64,000 bases of DNA from Minutocellus sp. GHC0000111. Taxonomy: Eukaryota. Location of the stretch: contig OZ361256.1 in assembly GCA_977018835.1 (NCBI GenBank), positions 6,820,001 through 6,884,000 on the forward strand. Direction: 5' to 3'. Shown here one piece after another: positions 53,893-64,000 of this stretch. Each line of letters begins with the position of its first letter. Positions within the stretch are counted from its first letter, which is position 1. The translations under genes and the position numbers were made by a program. Below the pieces are notes generated by a model. It did no database searches and was not told the DNA's origin. It saw only the letters and a list, made by a program, of their open reading frames with translations.

Positions 53893-56800
53893 TTAAGAGG
53901 ACGAGCCCTTCCGGCTCTGCTCGGCAGAATACAGAGCGATGTTGACCGGTTGGTCTGTTGGATCGTACACACCCAGATCGTCCAAAAGGTCGACGACCCA
54001 CTGGCACTTCTTCATGCCCTGATTCGTCTTGACTCGATAGTCCACCCGGCGGCTCATGAACACCAACGCCTGGTCTCTTCCGGCACGGCCAAACAGTCCC
54101 TTGCCGGAGTTGATGTCGCCGTCGGCACCGACCAGCATGGTTCTTAGCGAATCCGGCGGGGTCATGTACAACGTCAACAGCTCTCGAAGGTTGTCCCAGT
54201 GTGAATGGTCTCGACCAGCAAGCATGGCTACGGATCGGAGGGCTTCGACGTCTCGAGACAAGATGACAGCTCCAACGGTCGATACGTAGTAATGCTGGAG
54301 CAATCGAGCCACAAGAATGTCGTATAGTCTCATGGAAAGGGCAGTCCAGAATGCAGATAGCGATTCGGACGTGAGGGCTGCCTGAGTATGGACAAACTGC
54401 GCTTGAAGGCAGTAGGTCAGCGACTTGACGGCGGGGCTGTTGGTGGCGTCCAAAGCCGATCCGGTCGGGACGGCGTAGGGGCCGCTACCCTTTCCTGTTA
54501 CCGAATGCAGAAGACGTGATCCACCGGTTGCAAGCATACTCTCCCCACCAGCAACGAGGATCCACTGGATGTGAACGCTGAGAGTATCCAACGCTCGAAG
54601 GATGGCCGCCTCGCCTCGTTCCTCAAGCTCTTGGAAGAATCGGACTCGTCGTTCCTTGGCTTGGGTGAGGCAGGTATTGCTGCGAGTTCCGACGAGAGTT
54701 TCGAATACTCGGACACTACCTGTGCGTTGTTCGGCCCATAGTTCACGGTCGAAGGCCTTGGCGGCGGAGTGGATCCGCTCAATGCCCACCCAGAACGATC
54801 CGTCGACGCCAAGATCATGAGGAGGCGAGTCTTCCTTGAAGGGTAGATTCGGTGGCTGAGAGGGCGCGCTTGGTTTGAGCATTTCTTCCAAGCTCTCAAT
54901 GATGGGGAACAGATATGCCTGGCCGTAGAAGGTGCACATCTGGGAGTAGATGGCGGTGATGACTCTCGCCGTTGCATCGGCATCTCCACCGGTGCCTCCC
55001 TGAGAGCCGCCAAACATGAGCCGCGCACGGGCCAAGGAGTCCGTGGCATTGATGAGGGGCTGGCGCAGCACAGATTGCTTAAGGGGTCCGTTGAGCAAGG
55101 TGGCAAGCCCCGACTACTTCAGGCCGTTCTTGTCAAGAGGAACGAGAGGAGCCTGATATACGCCGGGACCGGAACCACCCGCTCTGCCAGCTGCACTGAT
55201 CAAAGGATCAGCAGCCATTCGAATTGGCTGAGAAAGTCGAGCACCGATATTGTCAAGGTTGGCACAGCATTCGTGGTGGAGCATTCGAAGTTCCAGGTTG
55301 AGATATCCTCGGCGGTGGCCTTCACTCAAGGCGATCTCTTGAGTGGACAAGAATTGAACCAACGACGACACTGCTCGTTGGTGGGCGGCAAGGCTGATGA
55401 GATTGCACAAGAGGAGAGTAAATGATGAGGTTTCGATATGAGGTGCGAATGAGAACAACTAATACGCCGTGCAAGCTGAAGCGGCCAATAGCCGTCAAAA
55501 CAAAAGCAAAACCCTCGCCAATGTACCACGCATGCACTTACGATTCTCCCTCTGAATTCTTCTGGGGGACGAGATGCTCCCTGGCGGCATCCTTGAGCAA
55601 TGTGAAGAGAACGGCGGCCTTTTCGTGGACCACCACGAACGTATCCAGCTTCTTGGCACCGGCGTCCACCCCACCTCGGCGGTCGATGGTGGCCAAAACG
55701 TCGTCGATGCGGGCCTGCAAACCGTTGCGCGGGTCGCTGATGACCCGCTGGAGCAGCGCCCGGGCCACCCGCAGGGGCACCGCGTCCATCTGGGAGGTGT
55801 CGTACGTGCCGCCCCCGACGGACGTCGACGGGGCCGACGACGAGAAGACGTGGGCGATGAGCTGGAATTCCGCCGTGCACACCTCGCAGACCCGATGGAA
55901 CAGCGTCGACAGCTGGCTCCGGGTGGCGTCCATGTCCAAATCTTGGTCGTCGTATTCGTCGTCGGTGGCAGCAGCACCACCCCCACCCCCGTCCGCCGAC
56001 CTGGGCGGTTTCCGATTCCGTTTGCCGCTGCTGGCAATGAATTCGGGAAACCGGGAGAACACCACCATCTGCACGTACCGCTTGTGGAGCGACCGGCCGT
56101 TGTCAAAATACGTCAACGCTTCCGCCAGCTCCCGCAAGGCGACCCAATCCAACCGTCCGGTCCGTCCGGCCGCCTCCGGGGTGGCAAAGTCGTACGTTCC
56201 CCCGCGGGTGTAGATGCCCGAGAACGAACTGAGCAACCGCGACTCCAGCGCCTCCGATGTCCGCTGGATGAGACCGCTGGTCAGCTCGAACCGTCGGATG
56301 GACTGCTTGTCCACGAGCGCCCCCGAGGGGGTCGATCCGCGCTGCTTCACCACGGTTCGCAGCATCTTGAGGGCCCTGGCGGCCTCCAAGCTGCTTTCGG
56401 GTTGGGTGTACAGCGGATCCATTCTGCCGGCACTGCTGGGGATGACCCCGCGCACTTCCTCGTCGACTCGAATTTCCTCTCCCGAAGTTTCCTCCAGCTC
56501 GGCCAAATTCTCCATGGTCCACCACCTCCGAATGAGCACGGCGGCACTCTCGCACTGCCGTCGCTTGGCCTCGGCCATCTCGAGCTGCTGCCCAATCTTG
56601 AGGGCCGCCCGGCCGTTGGTCCGAAATTGCTCCTCGATGGCCTCGGCCGATTGGACCGCCCGACGGGCCAATATGGAATGGGCCTCGAGGCGAATGTGGT
56701 AGGCGTCTTCGGCCTCGGCGGCGTCCTCGGTGGAGTACCGGACGGCGAGGGAGGTTTCCTCCACGAGGGCCGTGCACATCTGCGCCGCCTGGGACAGGGC

Positions 56801-57493
56801 CTCGGACAGCTCCTCCTCGCCGGTGCAGTTCTCGCACAGCTTTTCCAGCAGGGTGAGGAGGTCGATCTGCGGACCGCTGCCTGTTTGGGTGGTGGCGCTG
56901 CTGGTACCAGCGTTGGTACTGGCATTGCCATTGTTGTCGGCTCCTCCAGCTACTGCAGTCATTGCCCCAGCCTCGCCCTCCCCACTGCCGCCGCCCTGCC
57001 ACACGTACAATTCCAACGCCCGCCCCCACCTCTCGAGCCGCTCCTGCAGCACCTCCCCCTGGGTCATGTCGCGCCGGCTGGGTCCCCGGTCGAGCATCCG
57101 CAGAATCGCCTCGGCCTCGTCCTGCAGCCGTCCCCTCTCGTCCTGCACTTGGGATCGGCGTTCCAGCCGCTCGGCCACCAGGGGATCGGTGGCGGGATGA
57201 TACGTGGATATGGCCGCGGGGTCGCTGGTCAGGACGGCCCGGATCCGCGCGGAGTGGAGGTGGACGTCGGCGTCGGCGGCCCGCAGGAGCTGGGGGAGGG
57301 TGGCCGCCGCGGCGTCGAGGTGGCGGAGGTGCTCCAGGATGGGTTCGGCCGAGAAGGGATCGGACAAATAGGGCTCGGGGATGGCGGGGGAGATGACGGG
57401 AGGTCCGGTGCGGGAGCCCGGCCCGCCCTCGGAGATGGAGGCGAGGGCACTTCCACCGCCGGCGCCGTACGAGGTGGCCTCCAAGTCCTCCAT
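53893..57493 (-). CDS. SEC10: Exocyst component Sec10-like; exons 57493-55542 and 55393-53893; in-frame TAG at 55114-55116
   Basis: N-terminal coiled coil with ALKIGQQLE; EFQLIAHVF; C-terminal HYYVSTVGAVILSRDVEALR...LRELLTLY. Confidence 0.7.
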
Positions 57494-58255
57494 GGTTTAG
57501 CTATCAATAGGTATCCCTGTTCAATACATGTACACAAGACGTGCGTGTTGGGTTTTCGTCGAGCAAGTGGATCTGCAGTGGCTAGCGATCCGCTGCAGCA
57601 AAGAGGTATCCCGGTGCCCACGGGCCGCGGCTGCTAATCAGAAGCAATAATAAGCGGCAGAGCGATCGGCGGCAGGCAGGATCCGCGTGACCGTGTCGTG
57701 TCGTCATGGTTGCGTTGAGGAACGGGGCGGGTAACCTGGTCCCGTGGCGGGATCAATTATTTATGAGCAGGCAGGAGATTCCCCGAAATTTCAAAAATGA
57801 AATTTTGGCCCCCTGAATTCTATAAAAAATGAAAATTCCGAAGCAATCGGCATCATCCTGGATGCGGGCATCAGCTTCTTTGCCAAAGCAATCAATTGAC
57901 GTGATCATCGTTCTCTTCCACGAAATAGAACTCCCTTTTTTGGTCAGACCAGGGAACGAACCGAAAGAAGAGCAAAAGCGAACGGAGCAGCGCATCTCTC
58001 TCCCTCTCTCTCTCTTCACACACGTCTGCCCACCACCACCAAGCAAAAGCGGAAGAACAAAAAACATCAAGCCACCACCGCATCGTATTTCCGCCCTTGG
58101 ATTTGTGCCTATATCCTCAACACATTGTGGGCGGCGACTGGATCACATTGCCCGTCAGGAGTATCGAAATGCTGTGTGGGAGCAGTGACATGTGCCACCT
58201 TTGTTCTTCTTGCGCTTGTGAATTCACTCCTCCTTTTTCCTTCCTTCCCACCCTG

Positions 58256-58397
58256 CCTGGTTTTGGTTGCTGGTGGCACCTCGCTGGACCAACGGTGCTC
58301 CTAAATCGTTGGCAAAACGTGTCACCCTTGCCCTTGCCGATGCGAGGTCTAGATGTACTCCCCCATTGTGTGTCAAAACGTCTGCCGGCCCATTTGC
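58256..58397. repeat. 142-bp dispersed direct repeat, copy B
   Basis: Matches 48651-48792. Confidence 0.9.
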
Positions 58398-58855
58398 GGA
58401 CGCTGTGCTAGTGGCACTCTGGGAGCCGCCCACCTCTGCTTCAAAACTTTGACTCGTTAGCACTCTATTTTCACACAATTTTCTCGCCTTTCCGTCGTCC
58501 CTTTTGCCAGCTGCGGTCTCGTTTTCGTCTTGCCACAATGCCGATCGACGACGACCGCCGCTCGCCGCTCTCGCCGCTCTTCAACGCCATCTCGTGTTGG
58601 ATACCACGAACCGCACATCTTTGCGGATATTTATACTGCACCAGCGCCGGAGGGACGCATTATCGCACATTTCCATCGCCAATACCGCCATAGTTTGCGA
58701 CGCATACCCTACGTATCTTTTTTGAGACGAATCTCCACGATACCTTCATCTTCAATACCAACAACTCAATCTTGATCGGAACGCAAATTCCAGTACCAAG
58801 ATACAACAACAAACCCAAAAACAAACACATATCTCAACCAATCAGTTCAGCAAAC

Positions 58856-61522
58856 ATGGCGGAGAAGAAGGACACCGCCAGCAACGGGGATGCCAAATCC
58901 GGAGGCGGCAACGCCTGGTTCTCCCGCTCCCTCGCCTCCCAGAAGGGCGGCGGCGGCGCCGGCGCTCCCCCACCGGGCATGAAGGCAACTGCCGGCGGCA
59001 CCCCCACCCCCAAGGCGACCGCCCGGGCCACCGCCACCGCCTCGTCCGCCGCCACGTCGGCCGCCCACACGGCCCTCCTCCGCGACCGCTTCCTGTCCCT
59101 CACCGTCGCCCTCCTCGGGCAGACCGTCACCGTCCGGCAGACCGACGGCACCACCTTCGAGGGCGTGCTGCACACCTTTACGCCCTTCCGCTCCACCGGC
59201 AAGAGCGGCAAGTCGACCAAGCCCGAACGAAACAACGTCTACGTGATCAAGGCCGCCCGCATCGTGGAGGGCGATAAGACCAAGTTTGAAAATGGCAGCA
59301 CGGTGGTCGTACCGTCGTCCAAGGTGGCCTACATCTTGGCCAAGAGCGTGCCCAATTCGTCGACGGGGATCGGGGGTGCCGAGGAGCCCGGCGCCGGTGG
59401 TGGAGCGGGAGCAGGCGGGGGGTTCCGGACCGACACCGACATTTCCCGCACGGGGGCCGGCAAGGACCGCGATCTGGTCGCCGCCGGCAGCGACTGGACC
59501 GCCGCCCCCACGTCCGGGCCAGGTGGCGCCGGTGGGGCCCTCGAACCCGCCGGAGGGGGCGGGGGGGCCTTTACGGGGGCCGGTCCCGTCGCCGCGGCCG
59601 CCCGGCAGGGGGGCCGGCCCGCCGGCGGGGGGAGCAGCAGCAGCCGGGCCGACGCCCTCCTGGGCGGGCGGGGGTCGCGCTCGGCCCCCACCAGCGGGAA
59701 TGCGCCCCACCTCACTGGCCTGTCTGAAAAAGAAACCATCGGCAAGTGGGATCAGTTCGCCGCCAACGAGCAATTGTTCAACGTCAAGGCCACGTACGAT
59801 GAGAATTTGTACACCACCGCGCTGGACAAGAGCGGGGTGTCGGCCCAGAAGCAGCGGGAGGCGGCCCGGCTGGCCAGGGAGATCGAGGGGCAGACCACCG
59901 GCAACGTCCACCTGGCCGAGGAGCGGGGGCAGAAGTTGCAGGGCGACTACGAGGATTTGGACGAGGAAGATAAGTACAGCGGCGTGCTGACCAGCGGGGG
60001 CAAGGTCCGGGCGGCCTTGGCCAAGGTCAAGGTATCGGAGGATGGCGGTGACGGTGGCGAGGGAGCTGCCAATAAAGAGGAGGGAGAGAAGGGTGCGGGT
60101 GCACCGGCCGCCAAGGCCAAGATGTCGTGGGCGGCCGCCGCGGGAGCCGGCAAGGGACCCGCCGCTGCTCCGCCCCAGGCGGCGGCCCCGGCCAAGAAGA
60201 ACGAGGAAACCAAGAAGGAGACTCCTGCGCCTGCCGCTGCCGCGGCCAAGGCGGACGAGCCCAAGAAGGAGGAAGATAAGAAGAAGGAGGAAGCTCCCAA
60301 GAAGGAGGCTGCCAAGAAGGACGATGCCGCTGCTGCCGACGACAAGAAGGATGGCGAAGAGCCCAAGAAGGCCGCCAGCAAGCCCCTGTCGAAGCTCAGC
60401 GCCACGGCCAAGGAATTCACGTTCAATCCTGGGGCCAAGACGTTCACTCCCGGTGGCGGGATGGGCGGTGGTGGCGGAGGTGGAGCACCTGCCGGTGGTA
60501 TGGGCGGTGGTGGTGGTCCGCCGATGCCAATGCCCGGACAGCCCGTGTACATGCAGCATCCGCAAGGTGAGATATCACATTTCTCTGATTGGACATGTTG
60601 CCTCGTCCCTTGATTTTCCCTCCCAATATTTGTTTCAATAACTTGTCCTCACATGAATGTTTTTGATTTTCCATTTCCTTCCAAATATTATATCGTTCAC
60701 TTTTCTTCAGGAGCTCCCATGGGCAACCCACAATACGCCATGGCCATGGGCCGGTACCCAGGGGCCCCCATGCCCTACGGTGGTGCCATGCCCCAGATGC
60801 CGCAGCACATGCAAGTGCCCGGCGGACCAGGAGGCCCACCCCCGCCACCTCCTCAGCAAGGCGGTCCGCCTCCTCAGCCCAACCAAACCCCACCGCCACC
60901 CCAAGGCCAGCAACCGCCGGCAGATCAACCAGCCGACGGCGACAAGAAGGACGACGACGGCCAATCCTCCCAGCAAGAGGGCGACGTCAAGGACGGCGAC
61001 GAGGCTCAGCAGCACCAACAACAACCGCCGCCGCAACCGCAGCAACCACAACAGCCACAGCAGTTCCCTGGAGCTCCCTATCCGTACGGTGCAGCGCCGT
61101 TCCCTCACGGAATGCCGCAGCAGATGGGCGGATATCCACCCCAGATGGTAGTGCCCGGTGCTCCCTATCAGCCCGGACCGTATGGAGTGCCTCAGGTCCA
61201 TGGTGGTATGGTCCCCGGTGGACAATACGGTGGCCCATACCCCGGCCCGCCACAGGGTCCTGGTGGATACAATCCCAACTACGGCGGCGGTCCGATGGAC
61301 GGCGGTCGAGGCGGTGGCCGCGGAGGTGGAAGAGGACGCGGCGGCGGCCGAGGCCGTGGTGGAGGTCGGAACAACAACAAACGCCAGGGCAGTGGCCGGT
61401 GGCAGGATCGGCAACAAGGGCAGGGATATCAAGGGCACGGTGGGCAGCATCAGAATCAAAAACCGCCACCGCCAGCCCAGGGTGACCAACAAGGAGCTGC
61501 TGACAAACCCAGCGGCGAGTAG
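58856..61522 (+). CDS. ATXN2: Ataxin-2/Pbp1-like RNA-binding protein; exons 58856-60566 and 60711-61522
   Basis: Lsm (LLGQTVTVRQTDGTTFEGVL), FRTDTDIS, LsmAD (WDQFAANEQLFNVKATYDENLYTT...HLAEERGQ...DEEDKYSGV), PAM2 (KLSATAKEFTFNPGAKTFTP) and a P/Q/G-rich tail with RGG. Confidence 0.9.
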
Positions 61523-61670
61523 ATTGTGATAATGAAATACTAGTGAGACGAAGTGGTCAACCATTTTTCAGAATTGTTTAAGAGTAACCCTGACCCGACC
61601 TTGATGGGAGTTTTTTTTTTAAACATCCGCGCAATGTGCGTACCAACAGAACTATTATCGCATCTATAAC

Positions 61671-62570
61671 TCAGCACTTCATTTCGATTACTAAGTCTTC
61701 GGCCTGAGTATGTTTTTCTCTCTCCTCACTCTTGACCTTTTTCTGAGCCTCATGACAAAGCCGATAAGCCTTATTCAGATATTCCTTGCTGATAAACTCT
61801 TCTCCGGGAATCTTGCTTTCGGCATTGAAAATATATGTCAATTTATCGAGGGACAACTGGTTGCCAGCCTCGGCTGCAATTTTCCAATGGTGGATTGCTA
61901 CTTCGTGGTTGCCTTTCCCGTATTCCGAAGAACCGAGATAATGCCGAGAAATAATATCTCCTCGCAGTGCACCGACTCGGTACAGTAAAAGGGTCCTTTC
62001 TTTATCAACAGAAACTCCAACGCCTCTTTTATAACTCACCGAAAGAAAACCACATGCCCGTGCATTACCAAGTTCGGCAGCACGAATCCAACAATCAACC
62101 CCCCTCAGGATATCTCTCTTCACAACTTTATGCTTGATACCAGATACTGGGTTCGAAGGTGTCTCGCCCGATTCAAAATACATCCCTAGTAAACACCATG
62201 CCAAGGGATCGTCTTTCTTTGCTCTTGTTTCGAGCTGTCGCACGCACTCCTCACCAGACTGCGGCTCTACTTCTCGGCAAAAGGGACACACCTGTTCCGT
62301 TTGCTTATCGACGAATTTCTGGCTTTCTCCCATACAACCCTCACAAATTGCCTTTCCACAGCATGCCTTATAGTCTACCTGCGTGCTGATGCGCGAAAGG
62401 GGTACAAGACAGATGGGGCAGTCCTCAGTTGGTGGGAGCGGGGCGAACAGGTCGGCACCCTCGAGTTCCTTCTCGAGCTTCACCACGAGTGCATCCAGAC
62501 GCTTGCCGATCTCCTTTGGCGTTAGCTTCTTCGGCCTGCCGGCCTGCGCCTTCTTGCCCTTCTTGCCCAT
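61671..62570 (-). CDS. RING-finger + Sel1-repeat protein
   Basis: EDCPICLVP...ACCGKAICEGC...CPFCR followed by Sel1-like repeats (HWKIAAEAG). Confidence 0.85.
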   Translation of the reverse strand: MGKKGKKAQAGRPKKLTPKEIGKRLDALVVKLEKELEGADLFAPLPPTEDCPICLVPLSRISTQVDYKACCGKAICEGCMGESQKFVDKQTEQVCPFCREVEPQSGEECVRQLETRAKKDDPLAWCLLGMYFESGETPSNPVSGIKHKVVKRDILRGVDCWIRAAELGNARACGFLSVSYKRGVGVSVDKERTLLLYRVGALRGDIISRHYLGSSEYGKGNHEVAIHHWKIAAEAGNQLSLDKLTYIFNAESKIPGEEFISKEYLNKAYRLCHEAQKKVKSEEREKHTQAEDLVIEMKC

Positions 62571-62862
62571 CGTAATGCTGGGATAACGGCGAAATGCAGC
62601 TCTTCGGTGCCGATTACTGGCTGGCTGGGGCCGAGAGTACTCGAATCGACTCGACTCCTCGCCTCGACTCTACGAATTCATGAATTCATGGCGTGGCCAC
62701 GGTGGCGCGCGGCGTGTGGCCGGCGTGGCTCGTAAAAAGATACCCGGAGGCCGACTTTTGAACGAAATGCTGATGAGAAAATAAAAAATCAAGATACGGT
62801 GTGCCGAATTATAAATTGAGAGTGCAAGAGTACCACGAAGAAGCAGGACATACGAAACCGCG

Positions 62863-63729
62863 ATGGGTAAGAAAGGCAAGAAAGCGCAGGCCGGCAAGCC
62901 GAAGAAACTCACGCCAAAGGATGTCGGGAAGCGGCTCGATGCCTTGGTGAAGAAACTCGGGGTGGAGCTTAAGGGTGCCGACCTATTTGCTCCACCTACA
63001 CCAGAAACGGAGGATTGCCCCATCTGCCTTGTTCCTTTCTCGCGTGCCAACATGGGCCACGTCGCATTTTGGGCCTGCTGTGGGAAGAAAGTTTGTATTG
63101 GTTGCAATGGCGAAAAGGATGCCTTTCTTGAACCAGGCAGCGACCCATTGTGCCCGTTTTGTAGGACACCTTTGGCGAGCTCAAAGCAGTGGCTTGGTCA
63201 GATGGAGGCAAGAGCCGCCAAAAATGATGCATACGCTTTGTACAATTTAGGAAGCGTTTTCCTGATGGGCACTCATCATCAGCCCAAGGACGAGCTCAGA
63301 GCACTGTGGTATTACACCCAGGCTACCGAGCTCGGCTCAGCGGGAGCGTGCGGAAGTATTTCATACTGTTATCAGAGCGGTAAAGGAGTGAGTGTGAATC
63401 TCGAGAGATCCATGTTCTTCCTTGGAGCAGCTGCATTCAAGGGGAATCTTGATTGTCGACACAACCTTGGCCGCTACAAGTATTCCTTACTTGGTAACCA
63501 CGAGAGCGCAATCCGCCATTGGAAGATTTCAGCCGAAGCTGGTATGCAGCGGTCCTTAGATGAACTCACGAATATTTTCAAAGCAGACGGCCAACTTCCT
63601 GGCAAAGAGCATATCGGTCAGCAGCTCCTCGATGAGGTGTCTCGAGCATGCCAGCAGGCCCAAGAGCGAGTCAAGAGTGAGGAGAGGGAGAAGCACAAGG
63701 GAGATGAAATTGTTTTCAAATACATGTAA
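62863..63729 (+). CDS. RING-finger + Sel1-repeat protein (divergent paralogue)
   Basis: Same architecture and a near-identical MGKKGKKAQAG.PKKLTPK N-terminus. Confidence 0.85.
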   Translation: MGKKGKKAQAGKPKKLTPKDVGKRLDALVKKLGVELKGADLFAPPTPETEDCPICLVPFSRANMGHVAFWACCGKKVCIGCNGEKDAFLEPGSDPLCPFCRTPLASSKQWLGQMEARAAKNDAYALYNLGSVFLMGTHHQPKDELRALWYYTQATELGSAGACGSISYCYQSGKGVSVNLERSMFFLGAAAFKGNLDCRHNLGRYKYSLLGNHESAIRHWKISAEAGMQRSLDELTNIFKADGQLPGKEHIGQQLLDEVSRACQQAQERVKSEEREKHKGDEIVFKYM

Positions 63730-64000
63730 GGGGTCTCCAGTGTCGGTGTCACTTCTAATTACCGCAGACTGATGCCCGCAACTATTTTACAAAAAAGGAA
63801 GCGGCTAGAGTAGCGGAGGAAGCCAAGTCTCATTTTGAGACTGGCCGATGTTCCGAGGGAGATGGATTCTCTGCTCGTCATTCGAGTAGAGAGTATGGGT
63901 ACTATGAGCAATTCCGAGGTTACAGGAGCGGCCCTGAGTATCATTACGAATAAGAAAGACGAAGGTTTTGCGGCGAATTGCCTTGACTCTATTGATCTTG

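Noticed and set aside
10614..55116. Stop-codon reassignment (TAG read as Gln), suggested by in-frame TAGs in Sec10, the cyclin and gag
   Set aside because: TAG terminates PrimPol, ataxin-2, the MCM fragment and 52695-53575 at plausible ends; isolated lesions or errors are simpler.
55574..57637. Long antisense ORFs (687 aa opposite Sec10; also 572 aa at 58847-60565 opposite ataxin-2)
   Set aside because: Shadow frames of GC3-rich genes with no motifs of their own.

Overview
Eukaryotic nuclear DNA, most likely a diatom (ochrophyte). The evidence is short GT-AG introns, a diatom-type cyclin, RING+Sel1 paralogues and a PS-repeat surface protein. The window has two zones. (1) About 1-37.8 kb is an accessory island. 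It opens with an intact tyrosine-recombinase ORF that the ORF track missed because it runs off the left edge. It then carries divergent or decaying copies of replication, repair, chromatin and cell-cycle genes: an MCM8-like fragment, MCM9, a PrimPol with an unusual N-terminus, an RPA1N-U-box-Sel1 fusion, a DOT1-like gene, a cyclin and a ubiquitin-like gene. It also holds orphan ORFs, a 2032-bp tandem duplication containing a LINE remnant, tRNA-Ser, a MITE and a P-like transposase relic. (2) About 38-64 kb holds ordinary housekeeping genes (dienoyl-CoA isomerase, eIF2A, GT77-like transferase, Sec10, ataxin-2, two RING-Sel1 genes), interrupted by a decayed DIRS/Ngaro-type retrotransposon. Two signals stand out. 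The first is a strand-symmetric TpA->CpA/TpG hypermutation signature, the reverse direction of fungal RIP, that spares CTA/TAG and is concentrated in repeats and pseudogenes. The second is a possible giant tyrosine-recombinase element carrying a helicase/primase module. All family calls come from motif recognition by eye and all counts are manual; no searches were run.
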